The notes under the pieces are model-generated. The model saw nothing but the letters and a program-made list of their open reading frames with translations, was not told where the DNA came from and searched no databases. DNA of 64,000 bases, taken from NCBI GenBank assembly GCA_010093995.1, contig ML992511.1:763516-827515 (forward strand), in the 5' to 3' direction. Of the stretch, positions 26,096-39,083 are shown piece after piece. The DNA is from Elsinoe ampelina. Lineage: Eukaryota. Every line of letters starts with the position of its first letter. The first letter of the stretch is position 1. Made by a program: the position numbers and the translations under genes.

Positions 26096-27029
26096 ATGGT
26101 GCAGCCAGAAGTGAATGATGAAGAGGAGCAGGCTTTCCTCACGCAGTCGCTCTACCATCTGTCGCACAACGAACACGACCATGACCGACAATGGCTGAAA
26201 TGCGTTGCGCAATACCTACGAGTACTGCTGGAAGTAGTACTTGCAGGCTCTATTGTATACCTGCTGCTTCGACGATGCACAGCTGGATCCGAGGCAACTA
26301 TCAGAACATCGCCAGTGCCGACTTGTACGTTATGCATCATCACAAGATCGATGCTTGCCTGCTGATACAGGTCCAGTTCCGCGAAAGAGCTACGCCTTCC
26401 TTGCCAACTCGACGTTCCTGAACGACGACATGTTCTCATCAGAGATGCAAACTCGGCTGACGCTTCACAACTGGCTCCCTTTGAGCTCGGGTAAGATTCG
26501 TCGTCACTGGTGTTCATCCTCATCGAAGAGACGTCGCTGACTTGGCTGCCCGTATAGAAGCGAGAGGATACGTACACCTACCTGCTGCTGCTCGAGACTT
26601 CCCTGATCTCGTGGAGCCTTTCCAGATACCGCTTGATCGATTCCACGAGGGTCCAGGGTACATGGTATCGGTGTTTCACCAGCTGCATTGCTTGGTGAGT
26701 TTGCTGCATTTAGCGACGATAGCACCCCTGCAATCCTGATAGACTGACACTCCCGGCCACAGTCCTACCTCGTTCAACACTTCCAGACCGGCTTCGCAGG
26801 CGCCAATCTCACGCAAGAAGTAGCCCACCACTCAGCACACTGCTTCGACTACCTCCGCCAGGCCATCATGTGTGCCGGCGACACGACGCTAGAAGGCAAG
26901 ACGGATGCTGGACCAGGCTGGGGTTCGCCGCACCAGTGCGTTGATTACGATGCAGTGCTGGAATGGGCGAACGCCAATGGGGCACAGAAGTGGCGAGGGA
27001 GCATGCCTGATGAGCTTGCGATCCTGTGA
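26096..27029 (+). CDS. DUF3328 / UstYa-like oxidase
   Basis: Four exons (26096-26324, 26377-26490, 26558-26694, 26763-27029) splice in frame. N-terminal TM; two HXXHC motifs, VFHQLHCL and HSAHCFDYLRQAIMCAGDTTLE. Confidence 0.92.
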
Positions 27030-27817
27030 AGAATGTTTTGCTCCGTCCTGTCCATTGGTGGGAGGTGATGGAAGCGATGGTTCGGAGGTGGTCAGGTCTC
27101 GAAATGATGTCTCGATGTTAGCCATCATAGAGTCACTGTACCGATCAGGTTCATCGCCACAATGTGCCTGCCGGAGCTCTCGATTCCTGGCTCACGATGA
27201 TCACAGTCGACATTACGAGGTACCATGTCGCTACCTTGGCAGCGGGTCGCAGTGATGAAGACTCGGGATTGGTCTCGTGTGGAGAGGAGACTGCCACCTC
27301 TCCGAGTCTCGTAATTGATGCTCCTTCGAGAGTCTCTCGACCGGCAAAATTCATGAGGATGGATTCGTCGAGAGAATTGTGAAGAACCTGGTGGTCGATC
27401 GCAAAGCCCAAGCACGTAATCGTCGGCATCTCGGGAAATGTCGTGGGAACGGCGGAAGTTCGGGCGGATTCGGAACAACGACACTCCCTATCTGGTGCGC
27501 AAGAGATTGTGCAATTTCGATGGAAATCGACAGAGGTATCGCTGGGACCTTATTGTTGGTTGTTAGATCAAGAGGGAATGGGGAAAAAAGGGATGCTGCG
27601 AGTTGGTGAATCCAACGAGTCGATGTTGGCCGCATATCGTGTGAACGAACTTGCGCATCACGTCTCACATAGCGTCACATAGTATATTAAGTAGACGACA
27701 TATTTCGCGTACGGTCAAGTAACAGTTCGAGAATGTGTAAGCTCAAGACCCATAAGGGTTCTTTTGATTGAGACGATTATGTCTGTACAAAGAAAGCAAC
27801 TCTTTCGCGTCCACCAT

Positions 27818-29609
27818 CTAGAAGAGACCGCTCACCAACCTCTTTGGGAGATTAGCCCAAGTCTTTGGTGGCTCAGCATCCGGATCCTCCTGAGCGAGGA
27901 GCTCGAGGTCGTCACGGAGACCAGTAGCGAGATCCATCTCGGCCAGCTTGACCCATGGCTTGGTCCACTCGCCGCTGATACCCTTCCAGATCAGGTAAAG
28001 GAGGATGACGACGGGGGCAGCGAGATAGGCAGAGAAGAAGGATTCGGCGTTGGCACCGCCTCCAATAGGCCAGACGGCGACGTAGAACTGAGCAATCAGG
28101 CAGAGAACGTTGAGGATCAGACCGTACCAACTGCCGAGCACGCCGAAAGACGCCTTGTAAGGGAACATCTCAATGCTGCCTCTCTGGAGAGCCCAGGCCT
28201 TGCGGAAGCGGATGTGGGCAAGGCAGATGGATCCCCAGACGAAGAAATACGACAAACCGCTCAAAGCAAGCAGCCAGTTGAAAATATCACCCTTTTTGGC
28301 GGTGACGTTGAGGTATCCGAGAAAACCGATGGCCACTTGCAGAACAACACACCAGGTAGGGCGCCCATGCGAGTCGACGTACTCGAAGAACTTGGGAGCC
28401 ATGCCGCGGCCGGCCAGAGCTTGAATTGTTCGAGTTGATCCGAAGGAGCAAGAGTTTGCCACCGACAGCACAGCCATTGTGATACAGACGTTAAAGATCG
28501 ACGGCAGGGCCTTGATTCCAGCCTCTTGAATGGCAATGACGAAGGGAGATGCCTTGGTGTTGGCTCCAGATGCGTCGAGGAGACGGTCATCATCGGATGG
28601 GACAATCAGGCCAAGGATGAACAAGTTGACGATGTAGAAGAAGGTGATGCGCCAGAACACTGAACATACGTTAGTCGACAGCGACAATATTACTAGAATG
28701 ATGTACTAACCTTGCTTGGTAGCCTGGGGGATGGACTTGCGTGGGTTGGCGGTCTCAGCGGCGCAAAGTCCGGTCAACTCAGTACCGGCGAAGGCGAAAG
28801 AGGCAGTGACGAAGACGGAGCAGAAACCCTTGAATCCATTGCGGAAAGCACCAGGATCATGCCAGTAGCGGGCACCGATGTATCCTCTGTCGTCGGTCGG
28901 GACACCACCAACGTTGATGACGATACCGAGAATGATGAAACCAGAACAAGCCAGAATCTTGATCATGGACAAGACGAACTCGACTGTAGCGTGTCAGCGA
29001 CTAATTCACCTCGTTGAGTAATATTTAAATCGTACCTTCACCGAAACCGCGGATACCGAAGACGTTGACGATGGAGAGGGCGAAGAGGAAAACTGTCACC
29101 CAAACGGCGGAGTTTACCCGGGCACCACCCTCCCAGAATTCGATAGTAACGCAAGCGGCAGTAATCTCGAATGGCAGAATGAACAACCAGGAGATAGCGT
29201 AATCCCAACCGATAGCGAATCCCCAGGATTCATCGATGAAGCGGCAGATGTAGGTGAAGAAAGCGCCATTGACCGGGTAGAGGACTGCAAGCTCACCGAG
29301 AGCCTGGCAGGTGACGAGCAACATAGATCCGACGATCATGAAGCAGAGGACCTGATCTGATTAGTGGCTGGGTAGCTGTGCAAGCTGCGCGAATCCTACA
29401 AGGGAAGCGGGACCACCGCGGGACAAGGCACCACCGGATCCGACGAAGAGACCAGCACCGATAGCACCACCGATGGCAATCATCTGCATGTGCCTGCTCT
29501 TGAGATGGCGCTTGAGCTCATTGGTCTTGCCATCTTCAGGCTCGTAGGTGACCACACCGGCCTCCTTCGGGTCGTGGACCTTCTCGGACGAATCGGGGGA
29601 ATGAGACAT
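27818..29609 (-). CDS. Amino acid permease (APC/YAT family, GAP1/INDA1-like)
   Basis: [70 protein letters not shown]; three introns. Confidence 0.95.
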
Positions 29610-29764
29610 GATGAAAGTGCCTCTATGGGGAGTATCACAAAAGAATGGGGGTGAAAGGATAGAGCACAAACAGCGGACGAGGGCGGACCTACCTTCATAA
29701 ATAAACCTACCCGGGATGATCTACAGCCAGCGCCAGATTCGCGTAGCTCCAAAAGTAACTAGCG

Positions 29765-29846
29765 GATAAGGGTGGCGTAGGTTTATCGCTCGGCGACAAG
29801 AGGGCATGAACACCCGGAGCCAAAAAAGCATTGGTCGCATGATAAA
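29765..29846. promoter_or_regulatory. GATA (AreA/NIT2-type) motif cluster upstream of the permease
   Basis: GATAAG at 29765, TTTATC at 29782 and GATAAA at 29841. Confidence 0.4.
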
Positions 29847-32800
29847 ACCACATCTCTTGGTATCGAAAAGGATGGGTCCGCGCTTGTCTCGCTCGCGCGA
29901 GTGTCAAGTTGGGAATGAATGATACCACTGCGGCGTTAAACTTCTTACGGATGGAGGGCGTTACTCAAACAGCGAGCCAACAGCCACTCGGGACAAGGCC
30001 GAAGCATCAAAGGGGTGTGACCTTTGACCGTTGACGAGTTGGGAAGGCCCAGTGAAGATGCGGCGTGTTATCGCGCACGGGCGGCGCAGGGCTTCTAGAA
30101 GGGGGTCCACAGGCGAGGGCTGACGGGGCCTCATCCCATCGGGTACGCCGTCGAGGGATTTGACTGGTGGACTAGGCTGTCATGCATACACTCCGGCTCC
30201 ATCCAGCTGGGAAACTAATGGCTTTCGTGTGACCCATTTGATGATGTGCCTGAATTTTGTACATGTACAGGATTCTTATACCAAACACGGCTTGTCATAT
30301 TTTGACCCGTCCCACAAGCAAACCGTTCATGCGCCCAAGGGTCGGGAGATGTGCGAACAAGAACTTGCCGCGGTTCGGAAGATCTCTTGACCACCTGGCA
30401 AAGAGAGGGAAAGAGTTGCTTGACCATTCCAGCCGTGTGCTTGTGTTGGACCGAGACGGCGAAGCAAACGCTGATCATTCTTGTGTGGCGGAGGTCAAGG
30501 CGCTTATCGCAATCAGGAAGGTCCACTTGTAACCCAAGAGCTCGGCATACCCTTGGCGGAAGACGTCCTTCGGTTATCCAGGGATGCTGATTACATTTGA
30601 GAAACGGAAAAAGCATGTGGTTGGAAGTGAATGATCCTTTTGCGACCAAACGTCTCGCTCGTGTTCGAGCTAGTGTCGCTGCAAGCAAGACCGGTGGTAC
30701 CAACACAGCGAACAAGGCTGGCGCTGATTTGCTTCGGGCCTGACCGAGTCAAAGAAGTTGATCCACAGATCGGCCATGCTGATTGGGCCAAAGGCTTCTA
30801 GAAAACTTTCTGGTGCCACTTGTTCGCATGCGACAATGGGGGAAATCTCCACATCTTTAGCTCGTTTGTTGTTGATCCTTGTGTTTTATCGAATGCAAAG
30901 CTATTTTGCTGGAAGCTCGAGTGGATTGCGTGACCTCCCGGCGCTCCCGCGATACGCCCGAGACTGTAGGGGTGGCCACAACCGTTTTGACACGATCCTG
31001 CGTCTCTGGTCGAAATAAATGTTGAGTGTCGATTATGCCGAGTTGAAGCGGTTTTTACCGTCAGTGACAGTGGTGCGGTTGTAGCGTTCGCCCCGTCCGA
31101 GTTGCATTCGAGGTGAGATGGCAACCTGGAGTCAAAGTTCGACCATCTCCCATTTGGAGTTTCTATTACATACCAAATATTGTCTCCAGTCGTTCATGCG
31201 TTTGTCGAGCATTCCTAAGAATGACCTCTGTGTTTCATGAGGCAGTCTTACGGGTACGGATGCCCCACCGATTTTGTTCAGACCATGTCATTGATAGGGC
31301 GTGTGAACAACCATACATACGTGTCCGACAAGGAGCCGATGTGGCTGGACGTTTTGACCGTGCTTATTTTTACACGACTCTTGTCTCAGACGTTTTTGTG
31401 GTTGAAGATTCACCTCGGGAGGCAGAAAATTTTTCATTGGTGTCTCCAGATCCGGGCTATCAGCATGATTCCTTCGTCGTATGGGACAGTGGACATGTAG
31501 ATAGATTGTCTAGAACCACAATCCCTGCAGATGGCGAGAAGTAGCGCCTGAGGACTGCTATTTGCGCGGCGGAAAAGGGGACTGGGCCGCGATTAAGGTT
31601 TCATCGACTGTTGCGCTTCTCAGCGCGCTTCCAAATGCTAAACCCGGTTGCATAGCTTGTGCGTAGCTTATAGACGCGTGGGCCTTTCTGATACCAGACA
31701 CTGACGTGTCGCCGATATCAGATATCGTTACCGCCCGTCGGCATTTGCATAGGTCGGTCTTTGAAAGGCCAAAGTCGAGCGGGTCATGCTGCTCCAATGT
31801 GCGTCTTGACAGACAAGTAGCGGAACTGGTCATGTAGGAAGAAGAAGACGAAGCCTTCAGTGACCATATCCAATGAAAATTGATAGTAGTTGTAATATTC
31901 CCTCAAAAGTGCAGGTGTCGGATTCATATAAAGAAGACCTACCGACCATGCCGCTGACGGCGCTGACGGGCGGCTCGTTGGACAAATAGCCTTTGACAGT
32001 CGACGGACTGAGTGCCTAATGGTTCCTGCAATCCATGTGGCGCTTATGCTGGTCAACTTGAAAAGTCATGCTGCTGACATGGCGGAACCCATCGGTAGGT
32101 AGCCACACTTCTGGTGACTGTAGTGCCACGACGGGAAGGACAGATGGCACCATGCCGCATACTAAGCCTTCTTGGCGAACGCAACCAAGTAGAGCCAAAT
32201 TGAAGGCTTAACTAAGAATGTGATAGCAGTAAGCAGACATGTTGACTTTCTAAAGGACATGCAATGCGGGTTGTCGCTGCCCGATCAAAGCTTTTGATTT
32301 TGTGGACACCTACAAGGATGACACTTTCTGGTAGAACCCAGACCAAAATCATAAAAGCTGAAGCCATAAGCGTCACTGCAGAGGAGAACATGAGCGGGCA
32401 TCTTGAACTAGTAGAGTGCTTTCGATACGACAAAGTTTTACTCAACAGACGAAATGTACGACTATGAAATATCAAGCGCTCATGGAAAGACACTGTGCAG
32501 TACGATTTGAAGCGTTCCATTCAACAGCAAGAGAGAGCGATGACGGAGATGCAAGACTGGTCAGGTCAAACAAGCCTTTGCCAAGTCGGTGCCAATTTGC
32601 CGGCCTCTCCACACTCAGGATGCATCTCAACGCCTCTTTTGTCATCCTGTCCACCACTGAACGCCTCAACGATACTCTCACTATGCTTCGAGTCTGCGTT
32701 GAAATACTCGCACGTATCTTATGTTGTTTTTTTAGGAGCACAACGTGTAATCCGAGGCCATTGCCCGTAACTCCCCGACCTCCATGGGGTTATCCGGGGC

Positions 32801-33049
32801 TCGACGTAAAGTTTGAGACCGCTCTCGTGTCAAAGCGTTGATCCATTGGTGGGGATGATGGGGACGTAACACGGCGCAGGTTAAATGATAGCCCGCCCAC
32901 ATCGTCACCTGTGTCGGACTCGCATCTGCAGATCGCCAAACGAGTTGCGGCTTGCGAGAGGTCAAGTACTTAGTCTTTGACCGTCCCACACTTCTTTTCC
33001 CCAAGCTTTCTTTTGTCACGAAATCTAACTTCGCGACACAGCTTCCAAA

Positions 33050-34836
33050 ATGTCTAAGAAAGAGTATGACCCAGAGTATTTGGAGGAGGAGGAGAAGAAG
33101 GCCGCTCCCTACAACGACTACTGTTCCGGAGAGACTCCTCACAAGATGGGACCAGCGAAATATTTGGCGACACGTCTGACGACACTGAAGCCGCCCATGG
33201 CAAAAGTTGCCAACCCAGTCTCTTTGCTCAGGACACTGAGCCGGCAGCAGTGGGCATTCTTCGGAATTGCTTTCTGCGCCTGGACCTGGGATGCCTTTGA
33301 CTTCTTCACCGTCAGCTTGGTAGTCGGAGATCTTGCAAAGACATTTGGAAAGACCAATGCGGACATCACCTGGTAAGTGGAGATGACCTGATTGCCTGTC
33401 GAAGTGCTGACATACCTCGAAGGGGCATCACCCTAGTGCTCATGTTCCGATCTGTCGGCGCCATCCTCTTCGGTATTGCCTCCGACAGATATGGCAGGAA
33501 ATGGCCGTTTATCGTCAACAACCTGCTCTTCATCGTCCTGGAACTCGGCACTGGTTTCTGCAACACATACGATCAGTTTCTCGCCGTCCGCGCTCTCTTT
33601 GGCATTGCCATGGGAGGCTTGTACGGAAACGTAGCAGCGACTGCACTTGAAGATTGCCCTCCGGATGCTCGAGGAATCATCAGCGGCATGTTGCAACAAG
33701 GTAGACCGAACTGACTACCTACTTCGGACAAGGCTGACATGGTCTAGGATATGCCACAGGATACTTACTTGTCTGTCAAGTACAATTCGACACCATGAAT
33801 GCATTGCTGACACGATCCAGGCTACCGTCTTTGCTCGAGCTCTGGTCAACACTACCCCTCACGGCTGGAGACCATTCTTCTGGTTTGGTGCTTGCCCTCC
33901 AATTCTCCTGATCGTGTGGAGAATGTTTCTTCCCGAGACACAAGCTTTCCAGGAGCGTCAGCGAGTCAGAGAGTCAGGATCAGATGTCGGCAGTACCTTC
34001 ATTCGTGAGGGCAAGGTCGCTCTCCGCCGTCATTGGCTTCTGTTGATCTTCATGGTCCTTTTCGTAAGCATCATCACTGAACTCATGCAACCAAATCTAA
34101 CTACTGCAGATGGCCGGCATGAACTTTATGAGCCACGGAAGTCAAGATCTATACCCAACTCTTCTTCAAGTATGCAACGCCCCACAGCATCTATGAGAAA
34201 ACACTAACCATTCAGAACCAACTCAACTTCTCCGCCAACAAAGTCACCGTCACCCAAGTCATCGCCAACCTCGGCGCCATGACCGGCGGCACCGTCGTCG
34301 GCTACTGCAGCCAAATCTTCGGCCGCCGTCTTAGCATCATGGCCATGTGCATCCTCGGCGGCGCGCTCCTGTACCCCTACACCTTCGTCAAGAACGACAG
34401 CATCATGGCCGGGGCATTCTTCGAGCAATTCGCCGTGCAAGGCGCTTGGGGTTGCGCGCCTGTCTACCTCATGGAGCTGAGCCCCGGGTCGTTCAGGACC
34501 TTTGTTGTCGGTACGTCTTACCAGCTTGGGAATCTGGTCTCGTCTGCTTCGTCTACGATTGAGGCGACCATCTCGGAGAGATTCCCTTTGCCGCCTAAGG
34601 GGACGACGAAGAGGTTCGAGTATGGCAAGGTTATTTGTATCTTCATGGCTGCTGTGTTTGCGTACACTTTTGTCATGATCTTCCTGGGCCCGGAGTACAG
34701 GGGTCGGGATATGTCTGTGGAGAACGATTCTGATATGGAGGAGGCCGCTGGTCGGCAGGCGGTGGCTGGCGCGCTGGATAAGGGGGAGCGAAAGAGGACG
34801 GGCAGTGCTGGGACTGATGATATCGATCGTGTCTGA
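33050..34836 (+). CDS. JEN1: MFS carboxylic acid transporter (Jen1-like)
   Basis: AWTWDAFDFF, LMFRSVGAILFG..SDRYGRKWP, GIAMGGLYG, spliced LQQGYATGYLLA, MNFMSHGSQDLYPT, YQLGNLVSS; five introns. Confidence 0.93.
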
Positions 34837-35373
34837 GTTGGGTGCAGGAATCGCAGTGCAGGTCGGGTCAGACACCAGGCATAGGTACTCATCTCTCGAT
34901 CTGTAGCACTTGATGAATCACACAGTCTTTCATACATGGATAACGTAGCGCGTGAAACGGTCAGGCAGTGCTTCCAATCTATGCAAGCGAGCGAGCTCGA
35001 AGAGCTGCTGGCTATGGAACCGATGCCGATGTCGGGCCGAGGTCGGCGTGAAGACTTCACTTCGACCGCAAGACTGCCATTACGCATCAACATGCCATCG
35101 TAGCTCTAAGAGACCATGTGACGGGTTTCAAGGAGGTGAACGTGGACTTGTAGACTGTGTGTGCTCGATGCGGGAATGTGACGTGTGACGGTAAAGTGCA
35201 TCTCTCTATCTCATTGCTCGACAACCTTCATCTTCTCCTTGATACTACCACAACGTCTGCGGCAATCGTATCGCCCAGATAGCTCGTTCAAACTGGTAAA
35301 TCCCCTTCCGGAGACCACCACCCATCACCACCGGCCTCCCCACTACCCGCCCCATGCTGATACCTCGAAAATT

Positions 35374-35924
35374 CTAGCTCTCGTCCATTCCCCCATGGGC
35401 CCCATCCCCATGTCCCCCAAACCCCTGCCCTCCATCCCCATTAACCATCCTCCTCGTCCTCTTCCCCTCTCCCGTCCCTCCCACCGCAAACCTCCCTTTC
35501 TGCAACTCCGCAGGCGACCCGTAGATCTGCAACTCGTTCAACAACTGCTGCGCCTCCATGTGCTTGGCCCTACGGTACCCCTCGTCCATCTCCCCCTCTT
35601 GCATGTTCTCGTAGATGGTGATGCATTTTTTGGCGTGGTCGCTGGGAGGAGGGTCAGGTTGTAGTTTTCGGAGAGAGGGAGGTGAAACGGGGGAGGGGGA
35701 AGGGGGAGGACTGAGGAGAGAGGGGCGGCTCACATGAAGTCGCCGCGGTCGCTGTGTGCGAGGAGGTAGTGCAGTGCGGCCTGGTATGGGGCGTCGAGGT
35801 GGGGGACGTCGATGAGGTTCTCGGCGAGGCAGAAGGCTTTGAGAGAGTGCCCTTCGTGATAGTAGTCGCTCATGGCTTCGTTGAAGAGGGCGTTATAGGT
35901 TTGGGCGATTCCGGTGGGAGGCAT
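35374..35924 (-). CDS. Small hypothetical helical protein (2 exons)
   Basis: ATG 35924 MPPTGIAQTYNALF...HYLLAHSDRGDF, intron 35733-35642 (GTGAGC...CTGAC...CAG), then IDHAKKCITIYE... in frame. Confidence 0.6.
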
Positions 35925-37080
35925 GGTGGATGCGAGTTTTGTGAGATCGTGGATTGGGATGTCGAGGTGGATGTGGTGGCTGTGGATGTGAGTCTGCTGG
36001 AGGTGAGTCTTGTGATATCTCCTTTGTATCGTGCGCAAAGACCGACTCGAGGTAGAGTGTGGTATCGATGTCGCACTTCTCTTTGACAGACCTCCACGAT
36101 TTAATATGAAGAAGAGTAAAGAAGTGATATGTGGTACATGATGAAATCATCGCCGCCAGCCTATGACTAGCACAAGTAGTACACGACCTGACATGTGCAA
36201 GTCACCGCCCCTTGTTGACAAGCTATATATTCATTCCTCACCGTCTCTCCCCCAGACAACCAGCAAGGCCGTCAGGTCTAGCGGGTAAAGCGTCGCCAAT
36301 CAAACACGACACAGCTCCTCGAGCGCCGTCTAGTTTGGATTCGCCGCTCAACCCAAGGTCCTCTGTTCGAATCCGACAAGTTCCCCATTCGACATACCGC
36401 GAAAGGCCTTCGGGGCGAAGTGAGCATAGTGGACGGCCACAGACTCACCGGCATCGGGATGAGATTCTCACACCTCGGCATTCTCCATACGACGAGGCGA
36501 CAAGGATGTGTGGTTTGGAGAGCCACAGGGCAAAGAGAATCGTTCAACAAGGCGCCGGGAGGCGAATTTTTTTGCATTTTGTCCGCTCACCATTGTAGCC
36601 AGCACTGTGACGATACAAGAGCGTGTGCTTGCAGCAGAGTGGATCATTCTTTTGTTCTTTGGCATGAATAATGTGATGCGGTAGGGAACGAAGTGACACA
36701 AAGCGTGTTGAGTATCTGACGCTTGTTTCGCATCACAAGGCAAAGTCTATGCTCGACATCAAGTCATCGACCTTGACACGCCCAACGAACTTTCATCCAG
36801 CTTTTTCGATCCCCAGCAAACACTGCAACGTCTACAAGCAAGCATCATATCTAAGCAAACATCATGCTCGGACAGATCTCATGTGCAGCCAAAACATGAA
36901 TCAAGACAACTACAAACATGCACCAGGCAACTCATTGTCTTCCGACACATCCTCAATGTGACAGACCCAGCAAACACAGCTGACGAAAACCACACGACCA
37001 GACAGCTCAAAAAATGTCTATAAAATATCTATCAACATCACACCACTATCTACACCCCTTTCCCCCCCTCCATCTTCCCC

Positions 37081-38448
37081 TCACGTCCCAACCCAACTCC
37101 TCCCCCTCGGCTGCACCCTCTTATTCATCTTCACCGTAAAATCCAACCCCTTCGCCACATCCCCCTCCCCCGTCGCCCTCGTATCATACACCAACAACTC
37201 CCTCGGCGTATTCACCACCGTCAACGTCGCGTCCTCCCCCTGCTTCAACGAAAACTTGACCGCCTTGACGAATTTCCCCGGCGCGGCGGGGACGTTGACG
37301 TACCTCACGTCCCTCGCCGTCCTGTTCGCGCCCAAGATGGAGAGCGTTGCGCTGAACGGCATGTTCCCCGTGATGCGCAGCGTGTTGGACCCCGTGCCGC
37401 TGACCACGAGGGGGATGATGCTCGCGCCGAGGTATTTTGGTTGTCTGGCCTGCTTGACGCGGTATGTGTTGGCGACGGAGGTGGAGTCGAGGTTATCGTA
37501 GCTCACCGACGGGGCGTTGTAGTAGTACTGCGTGTACCACTTCGTGTCTGCGAAGTCGATGTAAGCCATGCGCGCCCAGTACTTTGTGAGCATTTTCTGG
37601 ACTTTGACTTTGGGCCCGACGAGGCGTTGGAGCGTGTGGAAGGGGGTTTCGTTGGCGGTGGAGTTGTAGGTGTTGAAGAGGGTGCGGACCATGTCGCGGC
37701 CGAGGTTGGGGTATTTGTCGATGTTCATGGTGAGGTAGTGGATGAAAGGCCAGGATTGGTATTCGTTGTTGAAGACGTTGCGGGTGGCGTCGATGATGGA
37801 GAGGTAGCTTGCTCCGATGACGATTTGGGGGGTGAAGAGGGTCCAGCCTTCTTTGGTGTTGGCTTTGGAGCGGGCGGATGCGCAGAAGCTGCTGGAGTGG
37901 TAGATTTCGGAGAAGAAGTTGGCGAGAGGCTCGGCCCAGCCACTTGCTCGGCTGGACATCCACCATTTGGAGTTGACGGCGTGGTAGGTGAGGATGTGTC
38001 CGTATTCGTGAACGAGGATGCTGGAGATGTTGACGTATGATTGATCCATGACCATGTATGCGAGTCCAGTCTGCCAGTCACTGGTGACGAAGCCAGCTAC
38101 GCCGTCTGTTTTGGCTGTGAAGATGTTCGACTTCCAGTAGGGACCAGAGCTTGGGGAGTCCTTGATGGAGACGCCAGTATCAGTGAAACCCATGTCGTTG
38201 ACGAAGCAATCATAGGCGCCCTCAAGAACCTGGACGACCTGAGCTGCCTTCTTTGCCGTTGTGTTGTAGACCCTGAAATGGGTGCTGTCGACCTTCTTCG
38301 TTTTCGCGAGCTTGCTGAATTCACTCTGTCCATAGTAGGTCTTGCCTGAAGGGACCGGAGCTGGCTTGTATGTCTTGGCCGCTTGCGCTGACACCTCGCC
38401 CAATCCCGCCAGCAGGACGGTGAGGCTTGTTAGTAACGAGAGATGCAT
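37081..38448 (-). CDS. Secreted HEXXH zinc-metalloprotease-like protein (DUF6055-like)
   Basis: Signal peptide MHLSLLTSLTVLLAGLGEVSA; LVHEYGH with downstream WAEPLANF (gluzincin-like third ligand); no introns. Confidence 0.8.
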   Translation of the reverse strand: MHLSLLTSLTVLLAGLGEVSAQAAKTYKPAPVPSGKTYYGQSEFSKLAKTKKVDSTHFRVYNTTAKKAAQVVQVLEGAYDCFVNDMGFTDTGVSIKDSPSSGPYWKSNIFTAKTDGVAGFVTSDWQTGLAYMVMDQSYVNISSILVHEYGHILTYHAVNSKWWMSSRASGWAEPLANFFSEIYHSSSFCASARSKANTKEGWTLFTPQIVIGASYLSIIDATRNVFNNEYQSWPFIHYLTMNIDKYPNLGRDMVRTLFNTYNSTANETPFHTLQRLVGPKVKVQKMLTKYWARMAYIDFADTKWYTQYYYNAPSVSYDNLDSTSVANTYRVKQARQPKYLGASIIPLVVSGTGSNTLRITGNMPFSATLSILGANRTARDVRYVNVPAAPGKFVKAVKFSLKQGEDATLTVVNTPRELLVYDTRATGEGDVAKGLDFTVKMNKRVQPRGRSWVGT

Positions 38449-39083
38449 AGTGAATGTTTGAAAGGGAGTCGCTGCAGGTACACATAACGAGTGAAAGACA
38501 CGATATATATGAACGACCAGAAATCTAAGAGAACCTACGTTTTCTGACGGTTTGACTACCACAAGCTACCATGCAAACACACGTTGTCGATAGTGATTAC
38601 TGTAGGTACACCCGCGGGCCAAGGCCGTAACGGTGGGCTGCGTATTCGCAAAACGGGCGCTGGGCGACTTCTTATATTCCATTTTCCGAGATAGTGAAGA
38701 CACGATGATGAGCCAGAGACCTGAAACTGAATACTGGCTCAAGTTGTCATTATTTCGAATGCCATCGTGACTATGTTGATGGAAAGAGAAGGGATAAAAT
38801 GCAGTGGCAAAAACCAGAAGCTGAAATCCCGTTAGCCGAGGGTTTACGGCCACCAACGTCCGGACAGCGACCACGGAAAACCAGCGGGTCTAACGACGAT
38901 AGAGCCCTTGGCACGTGGAAACGGATATGGGAATCCCGGCATTCGAGATCTCTCTAGTACAGTCGCTCGTACTTGGCAAGTCGAGTCGGGCTTGAGTGGT
39001 AGTGATCTGGATTCCATTATATCTGTTCCTCCCAAGGACTATGACTATGCCTCCCATTGCCGACAATACTCCAGCCTTATCCA

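Noticed and set aside
36139..36191. ATGATGA...CTGA resembling a C/D box snoRNA
   Set aside because: Short, no proper terminal stem and no rRNA-complementary guide that I could recognise.
36320..36390. GTTCGAATCC resembling a tRNA T-loop / B box
   Set aside because: The flanks do not form a T-stem or cloverleaf.
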